The notes below the pieces were generated by a model. It saw nothing but the letters and a program-made list of their open reading frames with translations. It was not told the origin of the DNA and did no database searches. Made by a program: the position numbers and the translations under genes. From positions 1 to 53,838 of the forward strand of contig JALWAP010000283.1 in NCBI GenBank assembly GCA_027016315.1: a DNA stretch of 53,838 bases, written 5' to 3'. Positions 26,168 to 39,046 of the stretch are shown piece after piece (the first letter of the stretch is position 1; every line of letters begins with the position of its first letter). The stretch is from Anaerolineae bacterium (GTDB lineage: Bacteria > Chloroflexota > Anaerolineae > S016-19).

Positions 26168-27568
26168 TTGGAAAAGCAGCCATTTTTCACGGTGACAAAA
26201 GAGGAACAAGAAGGTCGGCATGCCCTCCTGACGGTGGAGTTCGACGAATCCCAGATACAGGAAAGGGTAAACCAGACCGCCAAACAGATTGGGAGAAAGG
26301 CTCGGATTCCCGGTTACCGTCCCGGAAGGGCACCTGCTCGGGCGATACTGAGGTACATTGGCGAGAATTCCGTCCGTGAGGAGTTGGCGGAACAGCTCGT
26401 CAAAGAGATATATCCGGATGTTTTGAAGCAAGGGGACGTCGAGCCGTCCGCCATGGGCAAAGTGGTGGCGCTTGAGCTAAAGCCCATGAAAATCATATTC
26501 AAGGTTCCTTTGGCCCCGGTTGTCAAGCTAGACGATGGGTACAAATCTGTTCATATCGAGAAGGAAGAAGTCGAAGTCAGCGATGAAATGATTGATGACG
26601 CCCTGGAAGACCTCCGGGAAAAGAGCGCCCAGTGGGTTCCGCAGGAGGAGTCCGGCGCTGAGCCTGGCGACAGGGTGACCATCAATCTAAAAGTGTCGGC
26701 TGATGGAGAAGAATTGTTGAACCAGGAGGAATTCGAATTCGTGCTGGAACCTGGCGAGCTTTTCCTTCAAGAGTTCGTCGATCAGTTGGTAGGGATGAAA
26801 GTTGGGGAAAGCAAGGAGTTCCAGCTCGAGTACCCTGACGATGCCAAGGTTCCGTGGGCCGGTAAGAAGGCAACCTTCAGCGTCGAGCTTCTTTCGGTAA
26901 AGAAGAAAGAGCTCCCGGAGCTCGACGACGAATTTGCGAAGGAGGTCGGGGAGTTCGAGAGCCTGGATGACCTCAAGCAGAAGCTGAGGGATTCTTTTGA
27001 AGCCGAGCTCGAATCCCAGCGAGAGGATAAGTTTATAGACGAGGCTATGAAAGCCCTCCTGGAGCATGTGGAGGTGGAGTACCCGGAGGAACTTCTCGAA
27101 GAAGAGATGGACGTCCTGCTCAATCGGAGAAAAGAGGAAATCAAGAGGGCAGGCTGGGATTGGAATGCATTCCTTCGGATTTCCGGGCAGGATGAGGCCA
27201 GCTACAGAGAATCGCTGAGGGAGGATGCCGAAAGGTTCTTGAAAGAGCGGCTGGCGCTGAAAGAGCTTGCAAAGCGTGAGGGTATTGAGATTTCGGATGA
27301 AGAACTCGACCAGAGAATCGAGGAGCTTGTGGAAAGCTCGTCCGACCCGAAGGAAGCACGACGCCTCTACAAGCAGGACGAAATCCGTGAGATGGTTCGC
27401 GAGGACATGCTGGTGGGCAAAGCTCTGGAACGCTGGCTGAAGATGGTTGCTGGGGAGCCGGAGGAAGAGAAGCCTGAGGCCAAGGAAGGACCGGCTGAAG
27501 AAAGCGGTGAGAAGTCCGAAGAGGAGCCGGAAGAAGAACCCGAAAGCACGGAAGCGGAGGAGAAGTAA
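26168..27568 (+). CDS. tig: Trigger factor with an acidic C-terminal extension
   Basis: 466 aa. The ribosome-binding motif IPGYRPGRAP is a GFRxGxxP-type signature. A TTG start follows GAGGAGAG. Sits directly before clpP-clpX. Confidence 0.9.
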   Translation: MEKQPFFTVTKEEQEGRHALLTVEFDESQIQERVNQTAKQIGRKARIPGYRPGRAPARAILRYIGENSVREELAEQLVKEIYPDVLKQGDVEPSAMGKVVALELKPMKIIFKVPLAPVVKLDDGYKSVHIEKEEVEVSDEMIDDALEDLREKSAQWVPQEESGAEPGDRVTINLKVSADGEELLNQEEFEFVLEPGELFLQEFVDQLVGMKVGESKEFQLEYPDDAKVPWAGKKATFSVELLSVKKKELPELDDEFAKEVGEFESLDDLKQKLRDSFEAELESQREDKFIDEAMKALLEHVEVEYPEELLEEEMDVLLNRRKEEIKRAGWDWNAFLRISGQDEASYRESLREDAERFLKERLALKELAKREGIEISDEELDQRIEELVESSSDPKEARRLYKQDEIREMVREDMLVGKALERWLKMVAGEPEEEKPEAKEGPAEESGEKSEEEPEEEPESTEAEEK

Positions 27569-27571
27569 GCC

Positions 27572-28243
27572 ATGACTCCGAAAATTCCTACTTCTCTGAT
27601 TCCCATGGTCATCGAAAGCACGGGGAGAGGGGAACGGGCTTACGACATTTACTCTCTTTTGCTAAAAGAGCGCATCGTTTTCCTGGGCACTCCGATCGAC
27701 GCTCAGATAGCCAACCTGATTGTGGCGCAGATTTTGTACCTTGATAGGGAAGACCCGGAAAGGGAAATTTCCCTGTACATAAACTCGCCGGGCGGCCAGA
27801 TATACCCCGGGCTCGCCATCTACGATACCATGCAGCTTGTCAGAGCGCCTGTTTCCACCATTGCGGTCGGCTGGACAGCCAGCATGGCGACCGTGCTGCT
27901 TACGGCTGGCGAAAAAGGCAAGCGGTACGCTCTGCCACATTCGACCATACACCTCCATCCGGCAGGTGGTGGTGCACAGGGGTATGCTCCCGACGTCGAG
28001 ATTCAGTTGAACGAGCTGATGAGGATGCAGAGATTGCTTCAGCACCTCATTGCGCGCCATACCGGCAAGCCGCTGGAGGAAGTGGCGAAGGATTTCGAGA
28101 GGGACAGGTACATGAACCCCCAGGAGGCGGTCGAGTATGGCCTTGTCGACGAGGTGCTGGGCGGACCGGACGAGGAAGTGGCGTACCTGACCGGTGGCGG
28201 TAGTAAACAGTGGGAGCCGCCCAAAAAAGAGGAAGATAAATGA
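27572..28243 (+). CDS. clpP: ATP-dependent Clp protease proteolytic subunit
   Basis: 223 aa. Motifs ERIVFLG, INSPGG, catalytic Ser in GWTASMA and His in IHLHP. Confidence 0.95.
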   Translation: MTPKIPTSLIPMVIESTGRGERAYDIYSLLLKERIVFLGTPIDAQIANLIVAQILYLDREDPEREISLYINSPGGQIYPGLAIYDTMQLVRAPVSTIAVGWTASMATVLLTAGEKGKRYALPHSTIHLHPAGGGAQGYAPDVEIQLNELMRMQRLLQHLIARHTGKPLEEVAKDFERDRYMNPQEAVEYGLVDEVLGGPDEEVAYLTGGGSKQWEPPKKEEDK

Positions 28244-29544
28244 GCGATATCTCGCCGCGCAGGTGCTCTTTCTGCGGGAAGACGGAAGACCAGGTCTTTC
28301 GGCTCCTTTCCGGGCCGAACGGCGTTTACATATGCGATGAATGTGTGTCCCTGGCGTACGACGTGATCAAGGAAGAGAAGGCTTCCGCCCTCTCCGGAGG
28401 CGTGGAGAACGCTAATGGCGTGGTGAAGTCCCCGCCGAAGCCTCAGGAGATCGTAAAACGGCTGAACGAGTACGTGATCGGTCAGGAGAGGGCAAAGAAA
28501 GTCCTTTCCGTTGCCGTGTACAATCACTACAAGAGGATCGTCGGCGGCGTTGGTTCGGACGAAGATGTCGAGATCTACAAGAGCAACATCCTGATGATCG
28601 GTCCCACCGGCTGTGGAAAGACCCTTCTCGCCAAGACGCTCGCCAAAATACTCGACGTGCCGTTCGCCATTGCAGACGCGACCGGTATTACGGAGGCCGG
28701 CTACGTGGGCGAGGACGTGGAGACGATTTTGCTCCGGCTCCTTCAGGCTGCCGATTTCAACATCGAGCGGGCTCAGGTGGGAATCGTTTACATCGACGAA
28801 ATCGACAAAATAGCGAGGAAGACCGGCGGAAGCCCGTCGATAACCAGGGATGTCTCCGGCGAAGGCGTGCAGCAAGCTTTGCTGAAGATTATCGAAGGAA
28901 CCGTGGCCAACGTCCCTCCGACCTCCGGGCGAAAGCATCCTCAGCAGGAGTTCATCCAGTTGGACACGACCAACATTCTCTTCATTGCCGGTGGTTCGTT
29001 CGAGGGGCTGGAGGAGATAATCCTGAAGAGGGTGGGCGGGAAGTCCCACGTGGGCTTCCAGTCGATCAAGGAAAGCCAGTTGGAGCGGGAAAAGGAGCGC
29101 GTGAAGCTCCTGGAACAGGTGACGGCGGACGATTTGGTGAAATACGGCATGATCCCGGAGTTCGTGGGCAGGATGCCGGTGGTCGTCAACCTGCACCCGT
29201 TGGATGAGGATGCTCTGGTCAGGATTCTGACGGAACCGAAAGATGCTATCGTCAAGCAGTACCAGAAGCTGTTCGCCCTCGATGGTGTGGAACTGGTTTT
29301 CACGCAGGATGCCCTGAGGGCCATCGCCAGGAAAGCAATGAAAATGACTACTGGAGCTCGGGCTCTCCGTACGATCGTGGAGAACCTGCTGCTCGATGTG
29401 ATGTACGAAATCCCTTCGATGCCGAATGTGGTCCGGTGCGTCGTGAACTCCGAGGTGGTGGAGTCGGGCATACGGCCTATCCTTTTGAACAAGCAGGGAC
29501 AGGCGGTCGAATGGGGAGAAAAGAGCCTCAAGAAGACCGCTTGA
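28240..29544 (+). CDS. clpX: ATP-dependent Clp protease ATP-binding subunit
   Basis: 434 aa. Zinc-binding N-terminus CSFCGK...CDEC, Walker A GPTGCGKT and Walker [10 protein letters not shown]. Confidence 0.95.
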   Translation: MSDISPRRCSFCGKTEDQVFRLLSGPNGVYICDECVSLAYDVIKEEKASALSGGVENANGVVKSPPKPQEIVKRLNEYVIGQERAKKVLSVAVYNHYKRIVGGVGSDEDVEIYKSNILMIGPTGCGKTLLAKTLAKILDVPFAIADATGITEAGYVGEDVETILLRLLQAADFNIERAQVGIVYIDEIDKIARKTGGSPSITRDVSGEGVQQALLKIIEGTVANVPPTSGRKHPQQEFIQLDTTNILFIAGGSFEGLEEIILKRVGGKSHVGFQSIKESQLEREKERVKLLEQVTADDLVKYGMIPEFVGRMPVVVNLHPLDEDALVRILTEPKDAIVKQYQKLFALDGVELVFTQDALRAIARKAMKMTTGARALRTIVENLLLDVMYEIPSMPNVVRCVVNSEVVESGIRPILLNKQGQAVEWGEKSLKKTA

Positions 29545-29595
29545 GTGCCCGCATGGTGCGGTGCTGACGTGGGTCGTCAGGCGCGGGAGACTGAG

Positions 29596-29940
29596 ATGGG
29601 AAAGCTCGTTCCTAAGTCCAATTTCTGGCTCGAAAACGAGAACGGCGAGGTGGTGCTCAGTCCGTGGCGGATCACCTTGCTCGAGAAAGTTTCGGAAACG
29701 GGCTCCATCAGCGGCGCGGCCAGATCCATGGGGGTGCCGTACCGGCTTGCGTGGCAGCGAATCAGGGAGATGGAAGATCGGTTGGGTGTGAGCCTTGTGG
29801 TGGCTCACACAGGCGGCAGCAAAGGCGGAGGGGCATCGCTGACGCCGGAGGCGGAGGAAGTCATCGATCGGTTCCATCGGTTCTTGCAGGGGCTCGAGGA
29901 TGTGGTAGAGGAACACTTCCGGGAGAGCTTCCTGGAGTGA
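29596..29940 (+). CDS. Small winged-HTH regulator, ModE N-terminal-domain-like (LysR-type HTH without an effector domain)
   Basis: 114 aa counted from ATG 29596. LLEKVSETGSISGAARSMGVPYRLAWQRIREME matches the ModE/LysR-type HTH. Confidence 0.7.
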   Translation: MGKLVPKSNFWLENENGEVVLSPWRITLLEKVSETGSISGAARSMGVPYRLAWQRIREMEDRLGVSLVVAHTGGSKGGGASLTPEAEEVIDRFHRFLQGLEDVVEEHFRESFLE

Positions 29941-30140
29941 TCAACCTTCTTTTACCGCAACTGTTCTCCGATTCGGAGATTCTGGATACGAGGCAAACCG
30001 TGGAGCCTGGCCGATAGGCAGGCCCGGCGTGTGGGGGAGGTTGCTTGCCGTCCCTTGTGCGGGACTGCGCTGGCTCTCTGGCAACGCTCAACCGTCAATG
30101 GTGGCATTCTGTTATCATTTTCGAAGGTGAAAAATACTTG

Positions 30141-32207
30141 ATGGATGTATTGGGGAAACCGATCCCGTTCCGAAGCGCCCTTGCGAGGTTGTGGTCAATG
30201 TTCGCGAGGAACGAGGGGGCTTCGCTGATTTTTGCTGCCACAATCGTGGGGCTCATAACGGGTTACACCGCCGTCGCTTTCATCTGGTTGATCGAGGAAT
30301 CGGAGCACATCGCTTTTGAAGTCATCTATCCGTACCTCTACACGGTAACCCACCTGGGGCATTGGACGATCATCCTCATTCCCGCGCTCGGTTCACTGAT
30401 TTCAGGCCCGCTGATTTATTTCTTCGCCCAGGAAGCCAAAGGGCACGGCGTTCCTGAGGTGATGATGGCAATTGCATTGCAGGGCGGCAAGATGCGCCCA
30501 ATCGTGGCGGTGATCAAGGCGCTGGCTTCCAGCGTCTGCATAGGCAGCGGCGGCTCGGCAGGACGAGAGGGCCCCATCGTGCAGATTGGCTCCGTCATGG
30601 GTTCTCTCCTGGGACAGCTTTTCAAGATGACCACCGAAAAGATCCAAACCCTCGTTGCGTGCGGCGCGGGGGCGGGCATAGCCGCCGTCTTCAATGCCCC
30701 GATCGCAGGCTCCATGTTCGCCGTGGAGATAATCGCCGGGGAGTATTCGGCTTTCTCCTTCGGGAGCGTCCTGGTGGCTTCGGTCACCGCCAGCATCGTT
30801 GCACGCCATTACCTGGGTGCCTCTCCCGCTTTCTCCGTCCCGAAATACTCCATGAAATCGCCCCAGGAATTGATTTTCTTCGCTGTCCTCGGCGTGCTCG
30901 CTGCTTTCATGGCCTACCTGTTCGTGGTGGTTTTGTACGCCTCCGAGGATATTTTCGACAACTGGAAGCTGCATCCGGCGTTCAAACCGGCGGTGGGAGG
31001 GCTGATGCTGGGAGCGATCGGGTTCCTGGCTCCTTACACCCTTGGCACCGGGCTGCCATGGATCGAGAGGGCGTTGGAAGGGGGGCTTTGGTGGAAGCTG
31101 ATGATCGCTGCTGCGTTCATCAAGATAATCGGGACCTCCCTTACCCTTGGTTCGGGCAACTCCGGCGGCATTTTCTCCCCTTCGCTCTTCATGGGGGCGA
31201 TGCTCGGGGGCGCTTTCGGGATGTGGGTGAACACCAACTGGCCCGCTATATCTGCTCCATATCAGGCGTATGCGTTGGTGGGGATGGCAGCGGTGTTCGC
31301 CGGAGCGGCGAGGGCCCCTGTAACCGCAATCCTGATGGTCTTCGAGATGTCGGACGATTATCGGATGATCCTACCGTTGATGTTCGCCACGGCTGCCAGC
31401 GTGCTCGTGTCGGAATACCTGAGCAAGGACAGCATCTACACTTTGAAGCTCACCCGCCGGGGAATCTACCTGGAACGAGGGCATGAGATCGATGTGATGC
31501 AGGGCGTTACGGTGGGGGAGGTAATGAGCAGGAACATGGACGTGGTCGATCCTTCAATGCCCCTGACGGAGCTCGACGAAATGTTCAAGCGGACGTTTCA
31601 CCATGGATTCCCGGTGGTGGACAAGCAGGGCAGGTTCGTTGGCATAGTGACCCTCCACGACCTCATGAAAGCCAGGGAGAAGGGGATTTTCGAACGCCAC
31701 ACCGTGGCGGAGATAATGAACCGTAACCCGATAGTCACTTATCCCGAGGAACCGGTATGGCGTGCGCTCAGGATCATGGGGGAAAGGGACGTGGGTCGAC
31801 TGCCGGTGGTGGATCGAAACGATCCGACCAGACTGCTCGGGATGTTGCGTCGTGGCGATATAATCAAGGCATACCAGCGGGGTATCCAGAAGCGGCTGGA
31901 TGCTCACACCAGTGTAGACCGTGTGAGGCTTGCTCACCTGACCGGGATGGAGATCATGGAGTTCACGATACACCCCGGCGCTCCGCTGGCGGGGAAAGCC
32001 ATCAGAGACGCAAGACTGCCGGAAGGTGCCCTCCTTGTGACCCTGAGAAGGGGCGGAAACGTCGCCATAATCCATGGCGACGTGATCTTACAACCGGGTG
32101 ACAAGGTGACCGTACTGGCGAAGAAATCCTCAGCCGACAAAGTGCGTCAGCTTTTCATGCCAAAGCCCGAAGAAGAAGTCGTGCACCGCAGGGCTCCGTT
32201 CGAGTGA
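30141..32207 (+). CDS. ClC-family chloride channel/antiporter with two C-terminal CBS domains and a TrkA-C (RCK_C) domain
   Basis: 688 aa counted from ATG 30141. ClC motifs GSGGSAGREGP and GSGNSGGIFSPS, then a CBS pair, then a C-terminal region ...GDKVTVLA typical of TrkA-C. Confidence 0.9.
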   Translation: MDVLGKPIPFRSALARLWSMFARNEGASLIFAATIVGLITGYTAVAFIWLIEESEHIAFEVIYPYLYTVTHLGHWTIILIPALGSLISGPLIYFFAQEAKGHGVPEVMMAIALQGGKMRPIVAVIKALASSVCIGSGGSAGREGPIVQIGSVMGSLLGQLFKMTTEKIQTLVACGAGAGIAAVFNAPIAGSMFAVEIIAGEYSAFSFGSVLVASVTASIVARHYLGASPAFSVPKYSMKSPQELIFFAVLGVLAAFMAYLFVVVLYASEDIFDNWKLHPAFKPAVGGLMLGAIGFLAPYTLGTGLPWIERALEGGLWWKLMIAAAFIKIIGTSLTLGSGNSGGIFSPSLFMGAMLGGAFGMWVNTNWPAISAPYQAYALVGMAAVFAGAARAPVTAILMVFEMSDDYRMILPLMFATAASVLVSEYLSKDSIYTLKLTRRGIYLERGHEIDVMQGVTVGEVMSRNMDVVDPSMPLTELDEMFKRTFHHGFPVVDKQGRFVGIVTLHDLMKAREKGIFERHTVAEIMNRNPIVTYPEEPVWRALRIMGERDVGRLPVVDRNDPTRLLGMLRRGDIIKAYQRGIQKRLDAHTSVDRVRLAHLTGMEIMEFTIHPGAPLAGKAIRDARLPEGALLVTLRRGGNVAIIHGDVILQPGDKVTVLAKKSSADKVRQLFMPKPEEEVVHRRAPFE

Positions 32208-32232
32208 TTTCGTGTCCACGGGAAACGAGGGT

Positions 32233-32267
32233 CTTCGCCGAGGCGTAAGCTGCAAGCCTCGGCGAAG
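32233..32267. terminator. 12-bp perfect hairpin between convergent genes
   Basis: CTTCGCCGAGGC-N11-GCCTCGGCGAAG. There is no clear U-tract. Confidence 0.5.
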
Positions 32268-32320
32268 GAACGAAGTCCTACATCCCGATCAAGCCACTCA
32301 CTTGAAGCTTTAACGATTAC

Positions 32321-34030
32321 TCAATGATTCAGTCTCCACAGGACGTTCACCAGGTCAAATGGGAAAAACCGCCAGAAATCCCAACTCCCGTTGCCGGGAC
32401 TAGGTGTCGCCGTAGCCGTGGGTGTTGGGGTGGGATTTGGCTTTGGTGTCGCAGTTGGCGCGGAAGTTGGTGTCGCCGTCGGCGTGGAGGTTGCGGTAGA
32501 AGTTGGCGAAGCCGTCGGCGTTGCTGTCGGCGTGGGCGTCGGCGTAGGCGTTGCTGTAGGAACCTGCCCCGGCGTGGAAGTTGGCGTAGGTGTTGACGTC
32601 CGAGTCGGCGTAGGCTTGGGCGTCTGAGTCGCCGTGGGCTTCGGCGTTTCCGTTGGCTCAGAAGTTGGGGTAGGAGTGGCCGTCGGCTGCTCCGTAGGAG
32701 TCGATGTCGGGGTGGGAGTCGGGCTGGATGGTTTGCTGGCCGTCACGGCTTTCCCCGAATCAAGCCTGCCACTCCCGAGCTTACCTGCGTAGTCAGGATT
32801 CTTGTCGTTTATGTTGTCGGAGTTGTCCTCGAGAGCTTTTTCTACCCTGTCTGGAGTCCATTCCGGGTTCTCTGCAAGCACAAGGGCGGCTACCCCGGCT
32901 ACCAGAGGTGTCGCCATGGAAGTTCCGCTCATGTAATCGTAGTTTTGCTCGTAGCCGTCGTCGTTCATCTTCACATGGTAGGTTGGCATGGTGGAGAGTA
33001 TCGAAACTCCCGGAGCGGATATGTCCACCCAGCTCCCATAGTTCGAGAAAGAAGCTTTCTTGTCATCCCGGTCGGTGGCGGCCACAGCAACGACATGGTC
33101 GTAGGCTGCCGGGTAGTATTTCTCCTCTTTACCGTCGTTCCCGGCGGCGGCTACAACGAGCACGTCGTGATCGTGCGCGTAGTTTATGGCGTCTTCAAGG
33201 GTACTCGATTTGCTCGTAGACCCAAGGCTCAAGCTGATCACATCTGCGCCTTTGTCCACGGCGTGAATTATCCCTTTTGCGATCTTGGATGTGGAAGTGC
33301 TGCCGCTGTTGTCGGGGAAGACTTTTATAGGCATGATGCTGGTGTGCCACCCTGCCCCGGCCACGCCTTTGCCGTTGTTGCCGATGGCTGCGGCTATGCC
33401 CGCACAGTGGGTGCCGTGCCCGTATGTGTCGCTCGGATCGTCGTCGTCCTCACCGTAGTCGTACCAGGTGGAACGGGGCGTCAGGTTATCTTTGAGATCT
33501 GGATGGCCTACGTCGACGCCGGTATCCACGATAGCGACCACGATCTTGCTGTCGCCCTGGGTGATGTCCCAGGCTTTTGGGCTCTGGATCTTCACGTGCG
33601 CCCATTGGTCGCCGTACTTTGGATCGTTGGGCTCTGTATCGAGAAGATTGAATGTGTATTCGGGTTCTACGTACCTGGCGTCGAGCAATTGGGTCAGGAG
33701 CCTGATTACCTCTGCCGGGGGAATATCTATGGGGTAAGAAACCCCGTAAGCATCAATCTGCGGGATTATGTCCGTGATCGTTCCTCCCGTTTCCGAAACA
33801 ACTTCCATAACTACGCTTTGCGGCGTGCCAGGGGCCGGTGAGAACATGAAGTGCGAGCTTTGGCCTGTCCCGTGCGGCATACTTTCCCCCGCTGCTATAG
33901 ATGGCGGGATGAAAACAAAAGGCCCTCCCTCTGACTTCGCTGTAGAGGCAAAAGACGCGCCTGGTAAAACCGCAGACGAAACAACAGAAGCGATCAACAA
34001 AACTGCCAGTAAAACCTTGTATTTCCTCAA
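32321..34030 (-). CDS. Secreted subtilisin-like serine protease (S8) with a Pro/Thr-rich C-terminal region of about 110 aa and an aromatic tail
   Basis: Catalytic triad motifs DTGVD, HGTHCAG and SGTSMATP. The best start is TTG 34030 (AGGAGG-N6-TTG), giving the signal peptide [17 protein letters not shown]. The track start, GTG 34075, is less likely. Confidence 0.9.
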   Translation of the reverse strand: MRKYKVLLAVLLIASVVSSAVLPGASFASTAKSEGGPFVFIPPSIAAGESMPHGTGQSSHFMFSPAPGTPQSVVMEVVSETGGTITDIIPQIDAYGVSYPIDIPPAEVIRLLTQLLDARYVEPEYTFNLLDTEPNDPKYGDQWAHVKIQSPKAWDITQGDSKIVVAIVDTGVDVGHPDLKDNLTPRSTWYDYGEDDDDPSDTYGHGTHCAGIAAAIGNNGKGVAGAGWHTSIMPIKVFPDNSGSTSTSKIAKGIIHAVDKGADVISLSLGSTSKSSTLEDAINYAHDHDVLVVAAAGNDGKEEKYYPAAYDHVVAVAATDRDDKKASFSNYGSWVDISAPGVSILSTMPTYHVKMNDDGYEQNYDYMSGTSMATPLVAGVAALVLAENPEWTPDRVEKALEDNSDNINDKNPDYAGKLGSGRLDSGKAVTASKPSSPTPTPTSTPTEQPTATPTPTSEPTETPKPTATQTPKPTPTRTSTPTPTSTPGQVPTATPTPTPTPTATPTASPTSTATSTPTATPTSAPTATPKPNPTPTPTATATPSPGNGSWDFWRFFPFDLVNVLWRLNH

Positions 34031-34121
34031 AACAAACCTCCTGATATGCTCCTCGGAGCGTTTAATTGCCACCACGATGAGATTTGTCTCCCCGATGGAT
34101 TATCGCAACATCGACTTCCGG

Positions 34122-34150
34122 ATTATCCATAGGCGGGAATCGGTTGTCAA
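34122..34150 (-). promoter_or_regulatory. Promoter, TTGACA-N17-GATAAT
   Basis: The hexamers are the reverse complements of 34145-34150 and 34122-34127, upstream of the S8 protease gene. Confidence 0.55.
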
Positions 34151-34270
34151 ATTATAAGGGGAGTTTTTTAATCCAGGATTGACAAAATCAAATTCTTATG
34201 ATGGGATTGTGACCCGACGGTTCATGACGGTTCGGCTTCGCGGGAAGGAAGGCCGTGGCCGAGAGGGATC

Positions 34271-34856
34271 TTACTTCGATCCCTCGAGCCTCAGCACGAA
34301 AATCGCCACGGTGGAACGGAGGTTCTTGCGCCAGGGATGCCGGAGCACGCGGTCGCCGGACATGTAAACCTGCCGCTCCACCTCGATGCCCATCTCCCGG
34401 CACAGGTTGCCGAAATCCCGCACCGTCATGGGGTACATCCTCGGCGCACGGTACCACGGCTGCGGATGCGATATCGCCTGCGGCACCTGCCCCGTCAGCA
34501 GGAACGAGAGCCTGTTCCGCCAGTGTCCCCAGTTGGGGAAGCTCACCACCGCCCGCTCGCCCACCCGGAGCATCTCCCGCAGGATCATCACCGGGTCCGC
34601 CAAGTACGGCAGCGTCTGGCTCAGGATGACGTAGTCGAAGCTGCGGTCGGGGTAGTCCGCGAGCCCCTCGTCCAGGTTGCCGTGGCGGGCAGAGAGCCCC
34701 CGCCGGACGCATTCCAGCACGCCGGATTCGGAAATCTCCACGCCCCGGCCTTCCACGCCTTTCTCCTTCACCAGGTGCTCCAGCAACTCCCCGTTCCCGC
34801 ACCCCAGGTCCAGGACGCGGCTGCCGGGCGGGATCAGAGAAGCGATGACTTTCAGA

Positions 34857-34870
<14 letters not shown>
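34271..34870 (-). CDS. metW: Methionine biosynthesis protein MetW (methyltransferase fold)
   Basis: 199 aa. [12 protein letters not shown] motif. Overlaps the metX stop, in the usual metX-metW arrangement. Confidence 0.85.
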
Positions 34871-37320
<2,450 letters not shown>

Positions 37321-37350
37321 CTACGCGGGCACGAAGCTTTTTCAACACAA

Positions 37351-37556
37351 GGACGCAAAGAAGCATAAGGCGCAAAGCATTTGATTTTTTCTTTGCGGCT
37401 TTGCTCCTTCGCGTCTCTGCGTTGGATTTGCGTCGGATACAAGAAAACCCCTTTTTTTGTTTTTGACGCAGAGTCGCGGAGACGCGGAGGATTTCAGTGA
37501 TTACCTGCGTCTTTGCGTCTCTGCGTCAAATTCTGCGTCGGATACAAGAAAACCCC
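37351..37556 (-). repeat. Repeat-derived hairpin units inside the metY leader, flanked by a 23-bp direct repeat
   Basis: Unit 37351-37425, read on the minus strand, aligns with the hairpin core of the repeat family (CAACGCAGAG...CTTTGCGCCTTATGC..CTTTGCGTCC). Unit 37462-37530 is a 12-bp-stem hairpin (TTTGACGCAGAG/CTCTGCGTCAAA). The direct repeat TGCGTCGGATACAAGAAAACCCC occurs at 37429-37451 and 37534-37556. Confidence 0.75.
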
Positions 37557-37578
37557 CTTTCGTGTGACGAAAGGGGGT
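37548..37578 (-). terminator. Intrinsic terminator of the SAM-I riboswitch
   Basis: On the minus strand: CCCCCTTTCG-TCACA-CGAAAGGGGG followed by TTTTCTT. Confidence 0.8.
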
Positions 37579-37598
37579 GATCTGCATCGATAGCCGCA

Positions 37599-37714
<116 letters not shown>

Positions 37715-37743
37715 GCAATTCTCGTATTCGGTTGTCTTAGCGG

Positions 37744-37773
37744 ATGATATCACTTCATGCCAGTGCGTGTCAA
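37744..37773 (-). promoter_or_regulatory. Promoter, TTGACA-N18-TATCAT, for the SAM leader
   Basis: The hexamers are the reverse complements of 37768-37773 and 37744-37749. Confidence 0.55.
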
Positions 37774-37809
37774 ATCGTGAGCCAAATGTCCGATCAGGGC
37801 TTCCACTGC

Positions 37810-37839
37810 TTGCCCTATACCTGCCGCAGCACTATAATT
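37810..37839 (+). promoter_or_regulatory. Candidate promoter, TTGCCC-N18-TATAAT
   Basis: Hexamers at 37810-37815 and 37834-37839, divergent from the SAM leader promoter. Confidence 0.45.
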
Positions 37840-37882
37840 GGGCAAACACGAATGCTACAGTCACAAAAAAAGGGAGGCTGAA

Positions 37883-39004
37883 ATGCCGGACACATCGCAC
37901 CAGGAATACGTGGAGAAGCTTAGGGATTTCATCGATAGGGTTTCCTTCGAACGGGTAAGGGGTATCAGGCCGGCCGCCATGCCTCCGGGAAACCTCGAAG
38001 AAATGGAAAAACAGGCCGAAGAATTGCACCTCTACGGGGAAAGGCTTAGCCAACAGTGGGGAAGCGACCTCGCTTCTCCGGTGTTGCGAAAGAGAATGGC
38101 CGCCGAAAAGCGCCTGCTGGCGGAAATGGCCATCGAGACCACGCTGGCGGCGACCCTTGCCAGCTACGCAGCGCCGACAGCGGGGGCATCGGCGGAAAGA
38201 GGCGTGGCACCTCCCTCCATCGAAGTACCGGAATACCTGCTACGCTGGCTGGAAAATCCCTTCGAACCGATAGCCACTTTCAGGGGGGCAATCACTCCTT
38301 CTCCAAGCCTTAGCGCAGCAAAGCTCAACCTGGAACGAGAAGTTCAGAGCGCTATCGCCATCATCCTCTCCAGCACCGACGAGACGGCGCAGAAAGTGCT
38401 GGCGGACTTGCTATCGGTCAACGCTTCTGTGGTGATCGAAGGGCTGTCCCTCATAGGCATCAACCTGGCCGAGAAAGTGGGAGTAGGCGCAACCAGGCTC
38501 ATGCTGAGCGTAATCCGGTTCGTCTCCGGGGCCAGCAGGAGGCTGAGAACCCTCCTGGGAGAGGATGGAATCCACAAAGTCGAAATCGAAATCCAGAAAT
38601 GGGAGGAAGAGCTACAACACGGTACCCTGTTCACCCAGATACTTGAGAAGACCTACGGCCTGAAGAAATTCTCCGAAGAGCGGAAGCGATGGTTTGCGCT
38701 GACCGAAGCTCCAACGAAAGCGCTGGACACGGCAAGGGAAAGGATCATCGATCTCGGGCATGAGTACCCTGGTTCCACCGAAGCGGTCGAGCACGCGCTA
38801 AAGGGGCTCGCCCTGGTGAAAATGACTCCCATGATGGCCTCTCCCGTGGCACAGACGGCGGTCGCTGGGATCTACGCTGGCCTTCTGGGGTACACCGTCT
38901 ACAACGGGTACGATTACATCGGAGCGCGAGGAAAGTTCTTCGACCGGGTCGAGGGAATCAAAGATATCCTCATCAACACGCTACGCGTCCAGGAGCGGGC
39001 CTGA
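37883..39004 (+). CDS. Hypothetical protein, 373 aa, with no domain I can recognise
   Basis: Long ORF with a good RBS (GGGAGG-N5-ATG 37883) and codon usage like its neighbours. Mostly helical/charged, with a hydrophobic segment near the C-terminus (AQTAVAGIYAGLLGYTVY). Confidence 0.6.
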   Translation: MPDTSHQEYVEKLRDFIDRVSFERVRGIRPAAMPPGNLEEMEKQAEELHLYGERLSQQWGSDLASPVLRKRMAAEKRLLAEMAIETTLAATLASYAAPTAGASAERGVAPPSIEVPEYLLRWLENPFEPIATFRGAITPSPSLSAAKLNLEREVQSAIAIILSSTDETAQKVLADLLSVNASVVIEGLSLIGINLAEKVGVGATRLMLSVIRFVSGASRRLRTLLGEDGIHKVEIEIQKWEEELQHGTLFTQILEKTYGLKKFSEERKRWFALTEAPTKALDTARERIIDLGHEYPGSTEAVEHALKGLALVKMTPMMASPVAQTAVAGIYAGLLGYTVYNGYDYIGARGKFFDRVEGIKDILINTLRVQERA

Positions 39005-39046
39005 GAATCGCCCCTGACGGAAATCTTCAAGGAGGAATAGGAAAGC

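Noticed and set aside
29941-30140. Looked for a fluoride (crcB-motif) riboswitch upstream of the ClC gene
   Set aside because: No crcB-motif-like conserved core was seen. This ClC also carries CBS and TrkA-C domains, which is not the ClC-F type usually linked to fluoride riboswitches.
32391-32700. GC-rich imperfect tandem repeats (also at 48270..48480 and 11800..12250) that at first glance look like a minisatellite or CRISPR-like array
   Set aside because: There is no regular repeat-spacer structure. In the sense frame they encode Pro/Thr(Arg) linkers of the S8 protease, the LysM protein and RodZ. The Val/Gly-rich ORFs on the opposite strand are artefacts.
34172-34200. Plus-strand TTGACA at about 34179 followed by TATGAT
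   Set aside because: The spacer is only 12 nt and no plus-strand gene follows, since the next genes (metW/X/Y) are on the minus strand. The real promoter in this region is the minus-strand TTGACA-N17-GATAAT for the protease.
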